This document shows positions 1 through 13,421 of a DNA stretch of 64,000 bases, piece by piece. The notes under the pieces are model-generated. The model was given only the letters and a program-made list of their open reading frames with translations. It did not search any database and had not been told where the DNA came from. Where the stretch lies: positions 35,898,001-35,962,000 of the forward strand of contig OZ287754.1 in assembly GCA_965649765.1 (NCBI GenBank). Direction: 5' to 3'. A program made the position numbers and the translations under genes. The stretch comes from Bispira polyomma. Its lineage: Eukaryota. Each line of letters opens with the position of its first letter. The stretch's first letter is position 1.

Positions 1-372
1 CACATTTAGTTAGTACATACCCTGGTACACATTCAGTGTAGTACATACCCTGGTACACATTTAGTGTAATACATACCCTGGTACACATTCAGTGTGATAC
101 ATACCATGGTACACATACAGTGTATTACATACCCTGGTACACATTCAGTGTGATACATACCATGGTACACATACAGTGTAGTACATACCCTGGTACACAT
201 ACAGTGTAATACATACCCTGGTACACATTCAGTGTGGTACATACCATGGTACACATACAGTGTAGTACATACCCTGGTACCCATTCAGTGTGATACATAC
301 CATGGTACACATACAGTGTAGTACATACCCTGGTACACATACAGTGTAGTACATACCCTGGTACACATTCAC
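1..372. repeat. 28-bp minisatellite (GTACATACCCTGGTACACATTCAGTGTA), about 13 copies visible, overlapping the exon donor
   Basis: Direct periodicity of 28 (13, 41, 69...). Confidence 0.95.
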
Positions 373-474
373 ATTCCCAGTCCCCCTCCAAATCCACACA
401 GGTGCCGCCGTTCTGACACGTCACATTCTGTGTGATACATTCTTGCTCATTGGAACAGTTTTTCCCAATAAATC
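357..474 (-). CDS. Exon: EGF repeat 6 (FIGKNCSNEQEC...CQNGGTCVDLEGDWECECVPG); gene continues beyond the left edge
   Basis: ttacag| acceptor in phase 1; probable donor CAGG|GTATGT at 356. Confidence 0.85.
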
Positions 475-2891
475 CTGTAAAATACAGAAAAAAGACTTTG
501 TAACTGTTTGGTATAAAAGTGGATATTTTCACTTGAGTTTCAATGCTAATATTTTCACTAATAAGCATGGAAAGTGAAAATAAATTGCCAATGAAAGGCG
601 AAAATTTATGGTTATACTTTGAGTATAACGAGTGGTCAATAGTAAAGATTAATTTCAGTGAATTCCTTAGATAGTTTGTTGTGCCTTAAATAACATCATG
701 GATGTATGTCCACATTACTCCCAGGGTGCGGTTGATAGATGACAGAATAGTGCTAGACTAGACCGCATTAAGTCATTTACACTAGACCCGCTCCCCTCCC
801 ACCCACCTCAACTGAACAACACAAACAACAGTAGTGATTTTTTTAATCATTCATAAAAACCAATCATTACCCAAAATAACTGATAAAATACTTCTGAATT
901 TGTAGTTGTTTGTATAAACATTGTTATAAAATCTAAAAATTTAAAGATTTTACTGTTTAGTTAAATAATTTGCCAGTTATCGTAGCTTTAGTCTCTTGCT
1001 GTTGGATTAGTTGAGGCAGTGAATGATTTCCCCATTTTATTAGTTCAGGTAATATACTGATATATTCAATAAGCATCCCACACATATTCTGTATAGCAAC
1101 AAAGTGCTTGGTAATCATAGCAAACAAACAAACTTTGTGTTTTCCTTCACAACATTGCAGAATAACTAAGCTCTGTATAAGAGAATGGGGGATTGTTGGC
1201 TGTTTGTTTTAAAAACAGTTCTTGTTCCCAGAGAACACCAATAATTCATGAAGTTTAATGCATGACTTGGTATTTAAACATTAAGCATAATGGAATTAGT
1301 AGCTTTACATTTATAAATAGTCTTCCTAGTTTAATGAATATGTCAGAAAAGTACAGTTGCAACCAGAAACAGTTTCCTTTAAATTTATATTTCGAAAGCA
1401 GCACAAAATTCATATTACCCACACTTTTTGTCAACTTTCTATCTAAAGTAAAGTGAAATGACACTAAAACCGTGAAAATTCTGTTAGATAATACAGTACT
1501 ACATGCTTAATTAGGTGTACCGGTTTAGGTAACCTATTTTATATACAGTTCTGTATTGTACATCAAAACATTGAATGTCACAGCTGATGATGAAAAGTAT
1601 TATTTTAAATCCCTAGCAGAACAATAACCATAACAAGAATGAGTTTTATTTTTGGGGTATATTTTGCTGTCAAAAAGTGAATTTGATTCACACTAAAAGT
1701 TTAACCTTATATTTACCATATACATGTAAGTCAAAAAATGAATACTTATAAATGACAATAAATTCCTAAAATAATTGTAAATAAGTGAAATAATTCTAAT
1801 TTCATGTTGTATTGTTACGATGTTATGGTCACCAAAGAAAATCGAACCCTTAAAGGCCAGAAACAGGAATAAGTGTTGATTAGACACCGTCTTTGCTACA
1901 TTTTCTATGCATGTTTAAACTCATAATAAGCTTTTAAGTGGGATAGGTAATTACTATTTGATGAGAGCAATGACAGGCCATTCCTCTGTATAAAGATGTA
2001 GGGGGTCATCATGGGGAACACTCTATTTACCACATAATGGGCTGTGAATGATTTATTAGGATCTCCATGTGTCATAGACATTGTTATCATACCCAGTTAC
2101 CAGATACTTAAGTGTAATTTAGAAGTGAATATATTACTGTATTATTTCTACTTATTCAAAAGCTTCCTTAATATTGATATTTTATAATTGCAAGTGATAT
2201 TACACAAAACAAAATAAGGTATTTAAGGTGCTAACATCTATCTTAAAATATTTATTGATCACTAATTCTAAAAACTATTGTTATCGTTTTATGTCATTAC
2301 ATTGTACTGATTGAAAGTCCGTTATATTATTTTTAGAGAAAAACATTTAAAGTGATAAAGAAAAGCGAGGTATTTGAATTGTGGCACATATCTGAAATAT
2401 GTCATTGGATATTAACCTTACATGAAGTGGAGGGCGATAAATGGGCTTGTTGTAATTCAATGTACAAATTCTGTGTAAAAACATATTAATCCTCATGGTC
2501 CTTCGGCTAATGCTGATTCTGCATGTTATTTTAATATCAGAGGTGATTTAAAGTACTGTTCACTGTTTCAAACATGTTTTTGAAAGGCACTATAGGAAGG
2601 GCATAAACAATATATTATACCAAAGACATTTTCTTTGGAAATAATTAAAAACTACCATAATTTCAAATGTAACAATAACAACAATAAACACCATAATTTA
2701 TACAGCAACAATTGACAAATAATAGCATGTGATATAAATCCTCCGTTAGCCAAATATTTTGGGAGCTCAAGTTTTGTTTGGATAATAACAGATTTATGCA
2801 ATGGACATCATACAAAGGCAGTTTAGCATAAGACCCTTGTAATATCTAATCGTAAAAGATATATCTAAATATTCAGAGAGTTATTATAATT

Positions 2892-4738
2892 GGGTTGTGT
2901 CTATCCCTGTAAGTACTAACCTGTGTGACAGTCACAATGGTTGTCTTTAGGCCTGTAAGTACTAACCTGTGTGACAGTCACAATGGATGTATTTAGGTCT
3001 GTAAGCACTAACCTGTGTGACAGTCACAAGGGTTGTGTTTATCCCTGTAAGTACTAACCTGTCTGACAGTCACAATGGTTGTCTTTAGGCCTGTAAGTAC
3101 TAACCTGTCTGACAGTCACAATGGATGTCTTTAGGTCTGTAAGTACTAACCTGTCTGACAGTCACAATGGATGTCTTTAGGTCTGTGTGACAGTCACAAT
3201 GGATGTGTTTAGGTCTGTAAGTACTAACCTGTCTGACAGTCACAATGGAAGTCTTTAGGTCTGTAAGTACTAACCTGTCTGACAGTCACAATGGATGTCT
3301 TTAGGTCTGTAAGCACTAACCTGTGTGACAGTCACAAGGGTTGTGTTTATCCCTGTAAGTACTAACCTGTGTGACAGTCACAATGGTTGTCTTTAGGCCT
3401 GTAAGTACTAACCTGTGTGACAGTCACAATGGATGTATTTAGGTCTGTAAGTACTAACCTGTGTGACAGTCACAAGGGTTGTGTTTATCCCTGTAAGTAC
3501 TAACCTGTGTGACAGTTACAAGGGTTGTGTTTAGGCCTGTAAGTACTAACCTGTGTGACAGGCACAATGGTTGTCTTTAGGTCTGTAAGTACTAACCTGT
3601 TTGACAGTCACAATGGTTGTCTTTAGGTCTGTAAGTACTAACCAGTCACAAGGGTTGTGTTTATCCCTGTAAGTACTAACCTGTGTGACAGTCACAATGG
3701 TTGTCTTTAGGCCTGTAAGTACTAACCTGTCTGACAGTCACAATGGATGTATTTAGGTCTGTAAGCACTAACCTGTGTGACAGTCACAAGGGTTGTGTTT
3801 ATCCCTGTAAGTACTAACCTGTCTGACAGTCACAATGGTTGTCTTTAGGCCTGTAAGTACTAACCTGTCTGACAGTCACAATGGATGTCTTTAGGTCTGT
3901 AAGTACTAACCTGTCTGACAGTCACAATGGATGTCTTTAGGTCTGTGTGACAGTCCCAATGGATGTGTTTAGGTCTGTAAGTACTAACCTGTCTGACAGT
4001 CACAATGGATGTCTTTAGGTCTGTAAGTACTAACCTGTCTGACAGTCACAATGGATGTCTTTAGGTCTGTAAGCACTAACCTGTGTGACAGTTACAAGGG
4101 TTGTGTTTATCCCTGTAAGTACTAACCTGTGTGACAGTCACAATGGTTGTGTTTAGGCCTGTAAGTACAAACCTGTGTGACAGTCACAATGGATGTATTT
4201 AGGTCTGTAAGTACTAACCTGTGTGACAGTCACAAGGGTTGTGTTTATCCCTGTAAGTACTAACCTGTCTGACAGTCACAATGGTTGTCTTTAGGTCTGT
4301 AAGTACTAACTTGTGTGACAGTCACAATGGATGTATTTAGGTCTGTAAGTACTAACCTGTGTGACAGTCACAAGGGTTGTTTATCCCTGTAAGTACTAAC
4401 CTGTCTGACAGTCACAATGGTTGTCTTTAGGCCTGTAAGTACTAACCTGTTTGACAGTCACAAGGGTTGTCTTTAAGTCTGTAAGTACTAACCTGTCTGA
4501 CAGTCACAAGGGATGTCTTTAGGTCTGTAAGTACTAACCTGTCTGACAGTCACAAGGGATGTCTTTAGGTCGGTAAGTACTAACCTGTCTGACAGTTACA
4601 AGGGATGTGTTTAGGCCTGTAAGTACTAACCTGTCTGACAGTCACAATGGATGTATTTAGGTCTGTAAGTACGAACCTGTATGAGAGTCACAAGTGTTTT
4701 ATTTAGGTTTGTAAGTACTAACCTGTTTGACAGTCACA
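2892..4738. repeat. 46-bp minisatellite, about 40 copies, overlapping the donor of exon 4723-4833
   Basis: CTGTAAGTACTAACCTGT(G/C)TGACAGTCACAATGG.. period 46 (2907, 2953...). Confidence 0.97.
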
Positions 4739-4833
4739 CGTGTAATCATCATACACGGTCTGGTTGACATCACTACATGTCCCGTTCACACACGGATCAA
4801 AATAGCAGTCATCATAGAATTCACAGTGGAAAC
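4723..4833 (-). CDS. Exon: EGF repeat 5 (FHCEFYDDCYFDPCVNGTC...YTCDCQTG)
   Basis: tttag| and ACAG|GTTAGT; 111 bp, phase 1-1. Confidence 0.9.
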
Positions 4834-5049
4834 CTAAATATAGTAATAGTAATGACAATAGGAGGTTTAAGGTGCATAATCTTCTAAATCATGAGAGTAG
4901 GCAGATCCCAGTACATGGTCAATTGTACTCTACAAACTTTGTAAACAGTAGTTTAATATATATAACAAAGATTTACAAACATTCTGTTATCCAACAGATC
5001 TTCGCTCTTCCAAGGTCTTCACACAATAATGGTTCATCTTTTCATAAGC

Positions 5050-5242
5050 TAGGTTTACTTGTACTTGAGTACATGGGTTTACTCATGAGTACATGGGTTT
5101 ACTTGTACATGAGTACATGGGTTTACTCATGAGTACATGGGTTTACTTGTACATGAGTACATGGGTTTACTTGTACATGAATACATGGGTTCACTCATGA
5201 GTACAGGGGTTTACTTGTAAATGAGTACACTGAGTACACTTG
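5050..5242. repeat. 20/24-bp minisatellite GAGTACATGGGTTTACT(TGTA)CAT
   Basis: About 8 direct copies. Confidence 0.9.
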
Positions 5243-5949
5243 TAAGATATTATCAAGTACAAGTACAGAGGAACAGTGTAAAAATACCTGAGAAAATGTT
5301 TCTTTAAATTTTCAGTAAAAACTGTAGAAGGTACGGCATAAAATGAGGACAGATAATGTAAACCTACAGAGGTTATGTATCACCTAATGGGATTTTGAAT
5401 AACAGTACAGTGTGTTAGGAAAATGAGTTTTAAAAAGTAAACAAAACTGAAAACTAAATATTGAAAAGTGCTTTTTCTTCCACTTGTAAGATATTAATAA
5501 GCACAAAACTTTGATAAATAAAATATGACAGATTATAAAAACGTTTCGAAACTTCAACCAACACTAATTTAGACAAAAATAGCCAATCGCTTTTAGCCTA
5601 ATTTTGATGTGGCATATTGAGACTGAGAATAGAAAAGAGTTGTTTTGTAAATATTCAATCAGAAGAAAGATTTTGTCAGTTATGTTTTTTGAATTGTGTA
5701 GAAGATGAGTTAGATATTTCCTGTGCATTTGGCCTCTTTATAAAAACTAGTCTTAAATATACTGGTGCACATGAAAACCTCCACTACTAATGTAATAAAG
5801 CAAACTTTGGTGTGTTTTATGTGCATGAGTACACATGTAATACCCAGTCAATCCTAACTAAAACAATTATAAAGCGATAAAATAGATGAGAACATCCTCT
5901 GATATCCCAAAAGGGAAGGTCCAAGGGCAAGCAAAAAGTGGTTTCCCTG

Positions 5950-6760
5950 AGTAAGGCTATTAGACTTATTGAGTGAGTACAAATAAGGAGGTTGGTGAGT
6001 TTGCTAGGTTAAAACACAACAAGGTTGCATTTAAAAGGATATGCTCTTTTGCAGGTAGCCAGTGGAGTTTGTATAGGTATGGTGCGACATAGCTGAATTT
6101 GTCAACCTTGTACATAATATGGCGGAGGGTGTCTTGGACTCTCAGGAGCCTCGTTATATTGGCCTTGGTAATATCCTACAGCAGGGAATTGCAATAGTCT
6201 AACAAACTACTCATCATGACATTTGCCACCTGGACTGCAGTTTCAAGACTAATAAGCTGCATATTCGGCGCAGCTCGCATAAGTAGTAAAAGCAGGCCTG
6301 GCAGACACTGGATACATAATAACTGTAACAGTTGTCTTGGTTAAAGATAACACAAAGGTTGGGGAAAATAGTTTCAAACTGTCTCCAATAGCAATGTCAC
6401 CGATAGTAACACATTCAGATATGTCAGTGTTGGGTTTCAGTTTTACACTTCCCATCCATATGCCAACTCTTATGCTGAGGTCAAAGTTTATTGCATCTAG
6501 TGCAAAGTATAGTTGTGTGCATTAGTCAGCATACAAATGATAAGTGACATTAAACTGAGAGATTATAAGACTGAGAGGAGTGGTGTGCATGGTTAAGAGG
6601 AGAGGGCCCAATACTGAACATTGTGGGACACCATAAGGGAGTGGGAAAGCTTCTGAGATCCGCTCCATAATTTCAGAAACTCTTCCTTGACCTGTACCCA
6701 ATCCTTCCACTAAATGTTTTATATTCCTGGTGACAAACCAACCAACCAATGGACAGGGTT
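5950..6760 (-). mobile_element. Decayed L2/CR1-type LINE reverse transcriptase fragment
   Basis: YGVPQCSVLGPLL..YHLYAD, followed by degenerate 3' ORF2 sequence; stops and frameshifts. Confidence 0.8.
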
Positions 6761-7213
6761 AAACCATAACATGGCATGAGGCAATAAAGCTTCAAAAAGA
6801 AAAGAAAATGTTTGAACACGTGGTCTTTACAGAGACAGGTGGTCTTCTGTAGAGTTTCTCTTGGTGAATAATTTGATCAATTTGACTGATATTGTGGCCA
6901 GATGAGGAATACAATGGGCTAATGGTGCGAATTTTCTGTTTCGCAATCTAATCTCTGATGGCAGTGGATTAAAACATACGGCTTAATTGTATAAAAAAAT
7001 ACGTCAAGGCACTTGTCGTATAGGTCACTATTTAGTAAAAGCTCAAATATAGATTTCGGATTAACACCAATAAATTTGGCTGTCACAATATAAGTCAGGA
7101 GCATGTTAAAACATACTAAATACTTAATGTGAGCAATAATACACTGGTACCTGAGGCATAAAATGGCCAATCTACATTGGTCGAGTTGGTGCTAATAAGA
7201 CGTCAGTACTTAC

Positions 7214-7327
7214 CATTATACCCTGGTGGGCAGGTACAGTTGTACATATTGATGAAATCGTTACAGATAGCTCCATTCTCACAGTTGTCTACTTCACACT
7301 CATTAATGTCTATACTGCAGTTGTAAC
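7214..7327 (-). CDS. Exon: calcium-binding EGF repeat 4 (YNCSIDINECEVDNCENGAICNDFINMYNCTCPPGYNG)
   Basis: DINEC motif; ttccag| and |GTAAGT; 114 bp, phase 1-1. Confidence 0.92.
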
Positions 7328-8428
7328 CTGGAATAGACAAACAAACTGTCAATGAGGCACACACACCAATAGTCTAAGGCACAATACTAGTATTAATCTA
7401 ACACATATACAGACATTATACACACTAAACAACTTTAGAGAACATGTATATTATTTTGAATGAATTACATTTTCCAATATGTTTCCTTATTTTATAAAAA
7501 CAAGGAATACAAACATCTTTCTCTTTTGAAGAGTGTAACTTTAATGTTTTTCTAGAATTATCCCCATTTTGTGCTTTCATTGAAAAACGAATTCATTCAA
7601 AATATTGCTGATGTTTTGCTTTTTCTAGTCATGCCCAATACTTCATTATTGATTCTTCTTAGTATGTGAATTGTGTCACGTTTGTGAAGCATGTACTTTA
7701 AAAATACTACACATTTTAGTTACTATTTTACACACTGCTATATGCATTGTATGTCTCAAAATACCTAATAAAATGACACGTAAAATATATGAATTAGTAT
7801 ATGATTAAAATATATGTCATTCTTTATTTATTTCTACTCATGAAAATGTAAATATGTTATCTATAAATCGAGTTTAAAGGCACCCCAAAAAAGTTTCTCA
7901 GAAGCTCAAACACACATAACGTGGCTTTTAGCGATCGTCTTGTGCATTTTAATCAAAAACCTAATATACGACCAAACCAGGCACTGAAGCAGGTCATCAA
8001 CAATAAAACTAAGCACTAATTTCAGTTGCAGTTATCATCAAGCATAGACTCAAAGTACTATGTTAAAGTAGCAATTTTAAGTTAGATAAAACACTATTTC
8101 TCTATATTTGTATGTTTCAGTAATGGTGAAAAATTATTTTAAAAAGAAATAGCTGTTAGTAATTTTCCTATTACTTTCTCGTAGAATTTGAACGTCAGTT
8201 TTCAATGGTGGGAGAGTTTTAAAATTATATGAACAATAAATCAGTTGCACATTAAACCAATAAAATGCAGATGTAAAGTTTTTGAGAACCTCAACTCCCA
8301 CCAAATTAGATATGTGTCAGAGAGTAGTGCTTTTAAGAGGAACCCACAAACTCAAATAAAAATGTTCACCCGGTTACTTTACTTAATTTCTATCACTGTT
8401 TTTTCATAAGTTTGTTTAGTGTTGATAC

Positions 8429-8545
8429 CTTTATATCCAGGGACACAGTCACATGTAAAGTTATCGGCTGTTATGTCATCGAAACATGTTGCTCCATTTT
8501 CACACGGGTCATCTAGACAGTTGTCATAGTTCTCACAATGGGTCA
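8429..8545 (-). CDS. Exon: EGF repeat 3 (THCENYDNCLDDPCENGATC...CDCVPGYKG)
   Basis: ORF 8379..8594; ttctag| and |GTATCA; 117 bp, phase 1-1. Confidence 0.9.
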
Positions 8546-8548
8546 CTA

Positions 8549-8805
8549 GAAATGTACATACATTACATCTGGAGTATGTGAAATGTAGATACATTATATC
8601 TTAAGTATGTAAAATGTACACACATTATATATTGAGCATGTGAAATGTAGATACATTATATCTTAAGTATGTGAAATGTACATACATTATATCTTAAGTT
8701 TGTGAAATATACATATATTATATCTTAAGTTTGTGAAATGTACATGCATCATATCTTGAGTATGTGAAATGTACACACAATATATCTGTATGTGAAATGT
8801 ATACT
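8549..8805. repeat. 31-bp minisatellite abutting the acceptor of exon 8429-8545
   Basis: GAAATGTACATACATTATATCTTAAGTATGT, period 31, about 8 copies. Confidence 0.9.
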
Positions 8806-9359
8806 AATGTATACTAATACAAATAATGTATACTATACTTCAATTTAAATTCTAAACCTGGCATTTCTACTCAATAGCTATAATGCACCTTACTACGCAA
8901 TAGCTATAATGCACCTTACTACGTAATAGCTATAATGCACTTTACTAATAATAAAATAGCAAAACATGATAAATTTACTACTTGGAATACTATATAAGTG
9001 GTTATTTTCAAACAGATTTTGTTTTATTTTTTCTATTTTTACAAGACCATCGGAGGCGCAAAAGTTTAGTGAAAATTAAATCACTATACATTTCCTGATA
9101 ACTTCTTAGGAATATCAGCTCCAGCGAGCAAGAATTATAGCTAATTGGGCATTAGTGGAGTATAATTGAGTATTAGGGCAATCACTAAATAAAGTCAGAC
9201 TAAACTCTATTGTATTAAAGAACATTACTGTAGTTTAATGTATTGGTTATGAAAAATTTCACTTTTTTAAATAGATTTCGTATTGTAAACAGATATTCAC
9301 AATAGATTTTGTGTGGAGAAATGTAGATTGACCGAGGATATGAAAGCCTGTGTACTGAC

Positions 9360-9488
9360 AGTTGTATCCAGGAAGGCAGACACAGGTGTAATTACTGAGG
9401 CCACCAATACCATCCACACACTCATCAGTATTGTTAATGACACAAGGAGTCTCCAGACATTCGTCAATGTTCAGTTCACACCGGTCAC
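9360..9488 (-). CDS. Exon: calcium-binding EGF repeat 2 ([15 protein letters not shown]...CVCLPGYN)
   Basis: NIDEC motif; aatag| and |GTCAGT; 129 bp, phase 1-1. Confidence 0.9.
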
Positions 9489-9864
9489 CTATTGAAAAAC
9501 AAAAACAGATGACTAGTCAACTGAGGGATGATGGACCTTGGTTTTACTATGAATTGTATGACAGTTTGATATAATTGTACAATAAAACTGCATGTGTGAC
9601 CAGGCCAAAAGGGTTATCAACTGTGCAATGTACACAAGTTTTAAAGAATTAATCCCAACAAAAGGAAGATTTTATTCAAAAATATATACTTTATGGTGTC
9701 TGATACACGAGAACAATATCAGACATTTGACTGCTTACAGTGGAGTTGGGTTCAGATTTGTCTGTGTCTTTGGGATTGGTCTTCTGCTTGGTCTCAACAC
9801 ACAACCTTGTAGACTGGTAATACATGAACTCATAAGTGGCTATAGCCTATGTAATGAGCTTTAC

Positions 9865-9960
9865 CTTCCCAGCCAGGAGCTGTTAGGTTACAGTGACAGA
9901 GCCAGCCATCAGGTTCATCACTGCATCTACCATTGTTCTCACATGGATCCATGGAACAGG
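9865..9960 (-). CDS. Exon: EGF repeat 1 (CSMDPCENNGRCSDEPDGWLCHCNLTAPGWEG)
   Basis: EGF cysteine pattern; ttcag| and |GTAAAG; 96 bp, phase 1-1. Confidence 0.9.
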
Positions 9961-10738
9961 CTGAAGTTAAAAGCACGCTTTTCATAGTTTATGTTCTTCT
10001 ACTGTTACCCATAACCAAAACTTCAAATAGATTTATCTTTTATGTAAACATTAACAGGTGGAGGAAACCACTGAATATTATTTGGGAAGATGTATGTATT
10101 GTAAAGAAGTGGCTTTTAGGAAATCTACTGCAAACTTTTCCAGATACATGCCTAGATGTTTACCCATGATCGCAGATGTGGAAGCGCAGTGTTACTCATC
10201 AACAATTGATGCCATCCAACAAATGGTAACACTGGAAATTATTAATGAAATTTAGATAAGAGTATACTTCTTAAATTATAATACAAGATAGTCTGAAGCT
10301 AAAGTTATACCCTAAAGTATCACTACGCTACGATGTTTGTCCAGTTATCTTTGATATTAGTACTTTAACCAACTTAGAAATAATATTATCATTTGTCGTT
10401 AAATTTAGTCCAAACCCCTTAAATTCCCACAAAAGCTACATTTATTTTTTTGATTTATAACATTACATTTTAGTTTGATAATTGTATCATATTTTCACCA
10501 TTTCTTACATTGGTAGTAAACACAGATGACTTGATGTTATACCTTTTTACCACAAGGTCAACGGCATGGCGACCTAATATGACATTCGTACACAAGGGAA
10601 CACATAAGACCAAAGATGCTTGAAAATGTTATTTCCACAAAACTGTTGTCTGTATTTCTACTATTATTAGGCAAAATGATTGCTATCTTTCTATGAAAAT
10701 TACTTGAGTACTATCACTTTTTAATACTACATACTTAC

Positions 10739-10786
10739 GGACTGGAAAACATGTTAGTTCATCGGTAGCAACATTTCTGATAACAG
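10739..10786 (-). CDS. 48-bp linker exon (VIRNVATDELTCFPV)
   Basis: tttcag| and |GTAAGT, open frame, phase 1-1, fits between neighbouring exons. Confidence 0.7.
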
Positions 10787-11349
10787 CTGAAATAAAAATG
10801 AAAAGACACACCATAAATAATAACCAAACCAAAGACATTTAGATATTTTCTGAGTGACATATCAATTTATCTCTAAGTAAGAAGTTAGTAAACCACATAA
10901 AAATTATATGTAGCACTTCAGTAACCTCCACCTGATAATAACAGGCATAGTTAACACTTATTAATATGCTAGTACACTGTTTTCCAAAAGTATTTTTTTA
11001 AATGTGAAATAAAATGTCACCAATACCAATTTGATGAAGATATATATACGCACCAGAACTTGCCTCTAGGACTGCCATCCATTGATTCATAAACACATGT
11101 ACATTCATTTACACATAATTTTTGTTTCCATATCAGGCATGTACTATGTTTTAACAATTTCTTACTGTTCAAAACCTGTTTTAGATTAAAAAATATTCGA
11201 CTTGTATACACTGGAACTAAAATAAATTCCAGTCTTTTGTTTAGGCACAATTTCCAGTAGACAGGTTAATATTAATTTTACCGAAATGTTTGAATATTAG
11301 AGGCTCTAAAGTACCTAATACAGAAGTCCTCATTTGGAATACAAGAAAT

Positions 11350-12137
11350 TAATATTTGCACGTACAAAGCCAGATTGGCTTGATTTTGCTGACGACATTA
11401 CACTATTATCTAGCAGACATGAAGACATACAAGAAAAGACAGACAGAGTCAAAGAATGTGCTGTTAAAAGTAGGACTAAAAATAAACGAAGGAAGAACAA
11501 GGCAATGAGAATCAATACAAAATTGGACAAAACACTAGAAATAGACAACAATAAAATTGAAGATGTCAGCGAGTTTACATATCTTAGAGCCAAAATAAGC
11601 ACAAATGGAGGAGCCAGTGAAGATATTAAAACTAACCAGGTGAAAGGCAGAAACGCATTTGCAGGAATAAGTCGAGTTTGGAAATCCAACATCTACAAGA
11701 AAGCAACCAAGATCTATAAAAACAAAATCTTACTATATGGATCAGAATACTGGAAACAAAAGCAGATGTAAAGACATGCAAAACATTCCAAAATAGATGT
11801 CTCAAATGAATTCTAAAAATATACTGACCCAACAAAATTACCAACACCTCTTAGAAAAAACAAAAGCAGACTCAATAGAAATTAGATAGAAACACATAGG
11901 CCACATAGAAGAGAATATGATATGAAAGTGACAATGACATGGGCCCCCCCAAAAAAAGACAAAAGAAAGAGCCAAAGAAAAAAGGTAGACCCAGAAAAAC
12001 ATGAAGGAGGACAGTCGAAAGAGAGAGAAGAGAGATGGGTGGTCCCAGAGGCTGTAGCCAAAGACAGACCGAGGTGGAAAAGAGCGCTTCTCGCCTTATG
12101 CACTAATATGAGAAAAGAGGAAAAGTAAGTAAATAAA
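11350..12137 (+). mobile_element. Decayed RTE-clade LINE 3' fragment
   Basis: LDFADDITLLS..HEDIQEKT, LLYGSEYW, terminal AKDRPRWKRALLALC and short GTAA/TAAA tail. Confidence 0.8.
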
Positions 12138-12194
12138 CAAGGCCACTTGTCAGTGCTCTGCCTAATAAGGACTACTATAGACATGATGGCTTAC

Positions 12195-12377
12195 TTGATG
12201 GACATGTTGTTGCTGTGGCTGTGCAGTCTTTAAGGGAGGAGTCAAATGTGTATCCAGATCTACAGACCTTCCTCTGGCCAGATCCAGAGTGGCAGTCCCA
12301 GTACAAGTTACATGCATCACAAGAGTGGAAGAAGTCAGTAGTGCCTGATTTGTCTTCACACTTCACCACACAAGTAG
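12195..12377 (-). CDS. Exon: chitin-binding type-2 (CBM14/peritrophin-A-like) domain
   Basis: CEDK..CDACNLYWDC..KVCRSGYTFD...DC...TC spacing; tccag| and |GTAAGC; 183 bp, phase 1-1. Confidence 0.85.
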
Positions 12378-12973
12378 CTGGATATTAAAACATGCACACT
12401 GATTGCTTAAGTTGACATGTAAGAACAACTAGAGAGACACTTGATTGGGAGAATGTCAAGTGCCACAGTGTCAAATAGTGAATAATCCACTAGCTGGATG
12501 TACCCCAAATTGTACGGGATACTTTCGGCCACCTTGTTCCATCCCTCCACCAAACTACATGTATATATATATGGCATATGTATAGCTTGATAGTTACCAG
12601 AATGATAAATATACTCTCAATTATATATAGTAGCAAATGCTTAGAAGCACAAGTTTCTATGGTGATTGTTAAACTTGTCAAAAAGGTAATTTAATTAGAA
12701 ATATTGTTTCTTCAAATCTTTTTGTATGTCCTGATATGTGTGTGTAATATGTGGTGATTTATCCAAAGAAGTATAGGCTTTATATGAATTTGAATCCCTT
12801 GAATTTTTTAATTCTTAGAAAGTTTAAAAAGAAAATTTTAATCCGACTAAATCCTCTATTTTGATAAATTTAGGTCACCTATTTAAAGACTTAATGGTTG
12901 TTAACAGATGCATACACTCAATGACGAGGGTTGGTTATAGAACCTAAACATGGTAAACCAGTTCTAGGACCAG

Positions 12974-13080
12974 GGGCCGTATTTACGAAGGGGCTTAGCC
13001 AGGTCTTAGACTTAAATCTAGCACAAAAGTATACTGATTTAAGCCTAAGACCTGGCTAAGCCCCTTCGTGAATACGGCCC
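12974..13080. mobile_element. PIF/Harbinger-type MITE, 107 bp
   Basis: About 45-bp TIRs (GGGCCGTATTTACGAAGGGGCTTAGCCAGGTCTTAG.. / ..CTAAGACCTGGCTAAGCCCCTTCGTGAATACGGCCC) flanked by a 3-bp CAG duplication. Confidence 0.88.
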
Positions 13081-13273
13081 CAGGAAATATTGGAACATAT
13101 AGCATTAGCTGTGATATTACATCGCTTTCATGCATATATTCTTATTGATCCAGTCAGTTCCAGTAAAACCATGGCATGTTCAATTACTGTATCTATCAAC
13201 AAAGTAGCATTTTAAACAAAATCATTGTCTATATATATAAGGTTAACTCAGAGTCTGGCCTTTTCATTCTTAC

Positions 13274-13421
13274 ATGTAGACTGTGCTGTGTACAAGTCTT
13301 TAAAATAAGAAGCGGGCTTGACTTCTTCCCAGAAGATGAACTCATCGTAGCTGCCTTCACCCGTTGTCGTGGCACTGGTCGATTTACCAAAAAAGAAGTC
13401 GTCTTGCAGAGGTACAAAGGA
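13274..13421 (-). CDS. Exon: LamG domain end (FFFG...GSYDEFIFWE)
   Basis: ttccag| and |GTAAGA, 148 bp, phase 0 to 1; G..DE..FW motif. Confidence 0.85.

Noticed and set aside
33-284. Cys/His-rich metallothionein-like ORF
   Set aside because: Translation of the 28-bp minisatellite
2892-4738. CRISPR-like array (also 14220-15882, 19850-20248, 54039-54230)
   Set aside because: Units are contiguous with no unique spacers, no cas genes, and a eukaryotic intron context
8873-8948. Three copies of a 25-bp unit (AATAGCTATAATGCACCTTACTACG)
   Set aside because: Ordinary short intronic tandem duplication, not at a splice site
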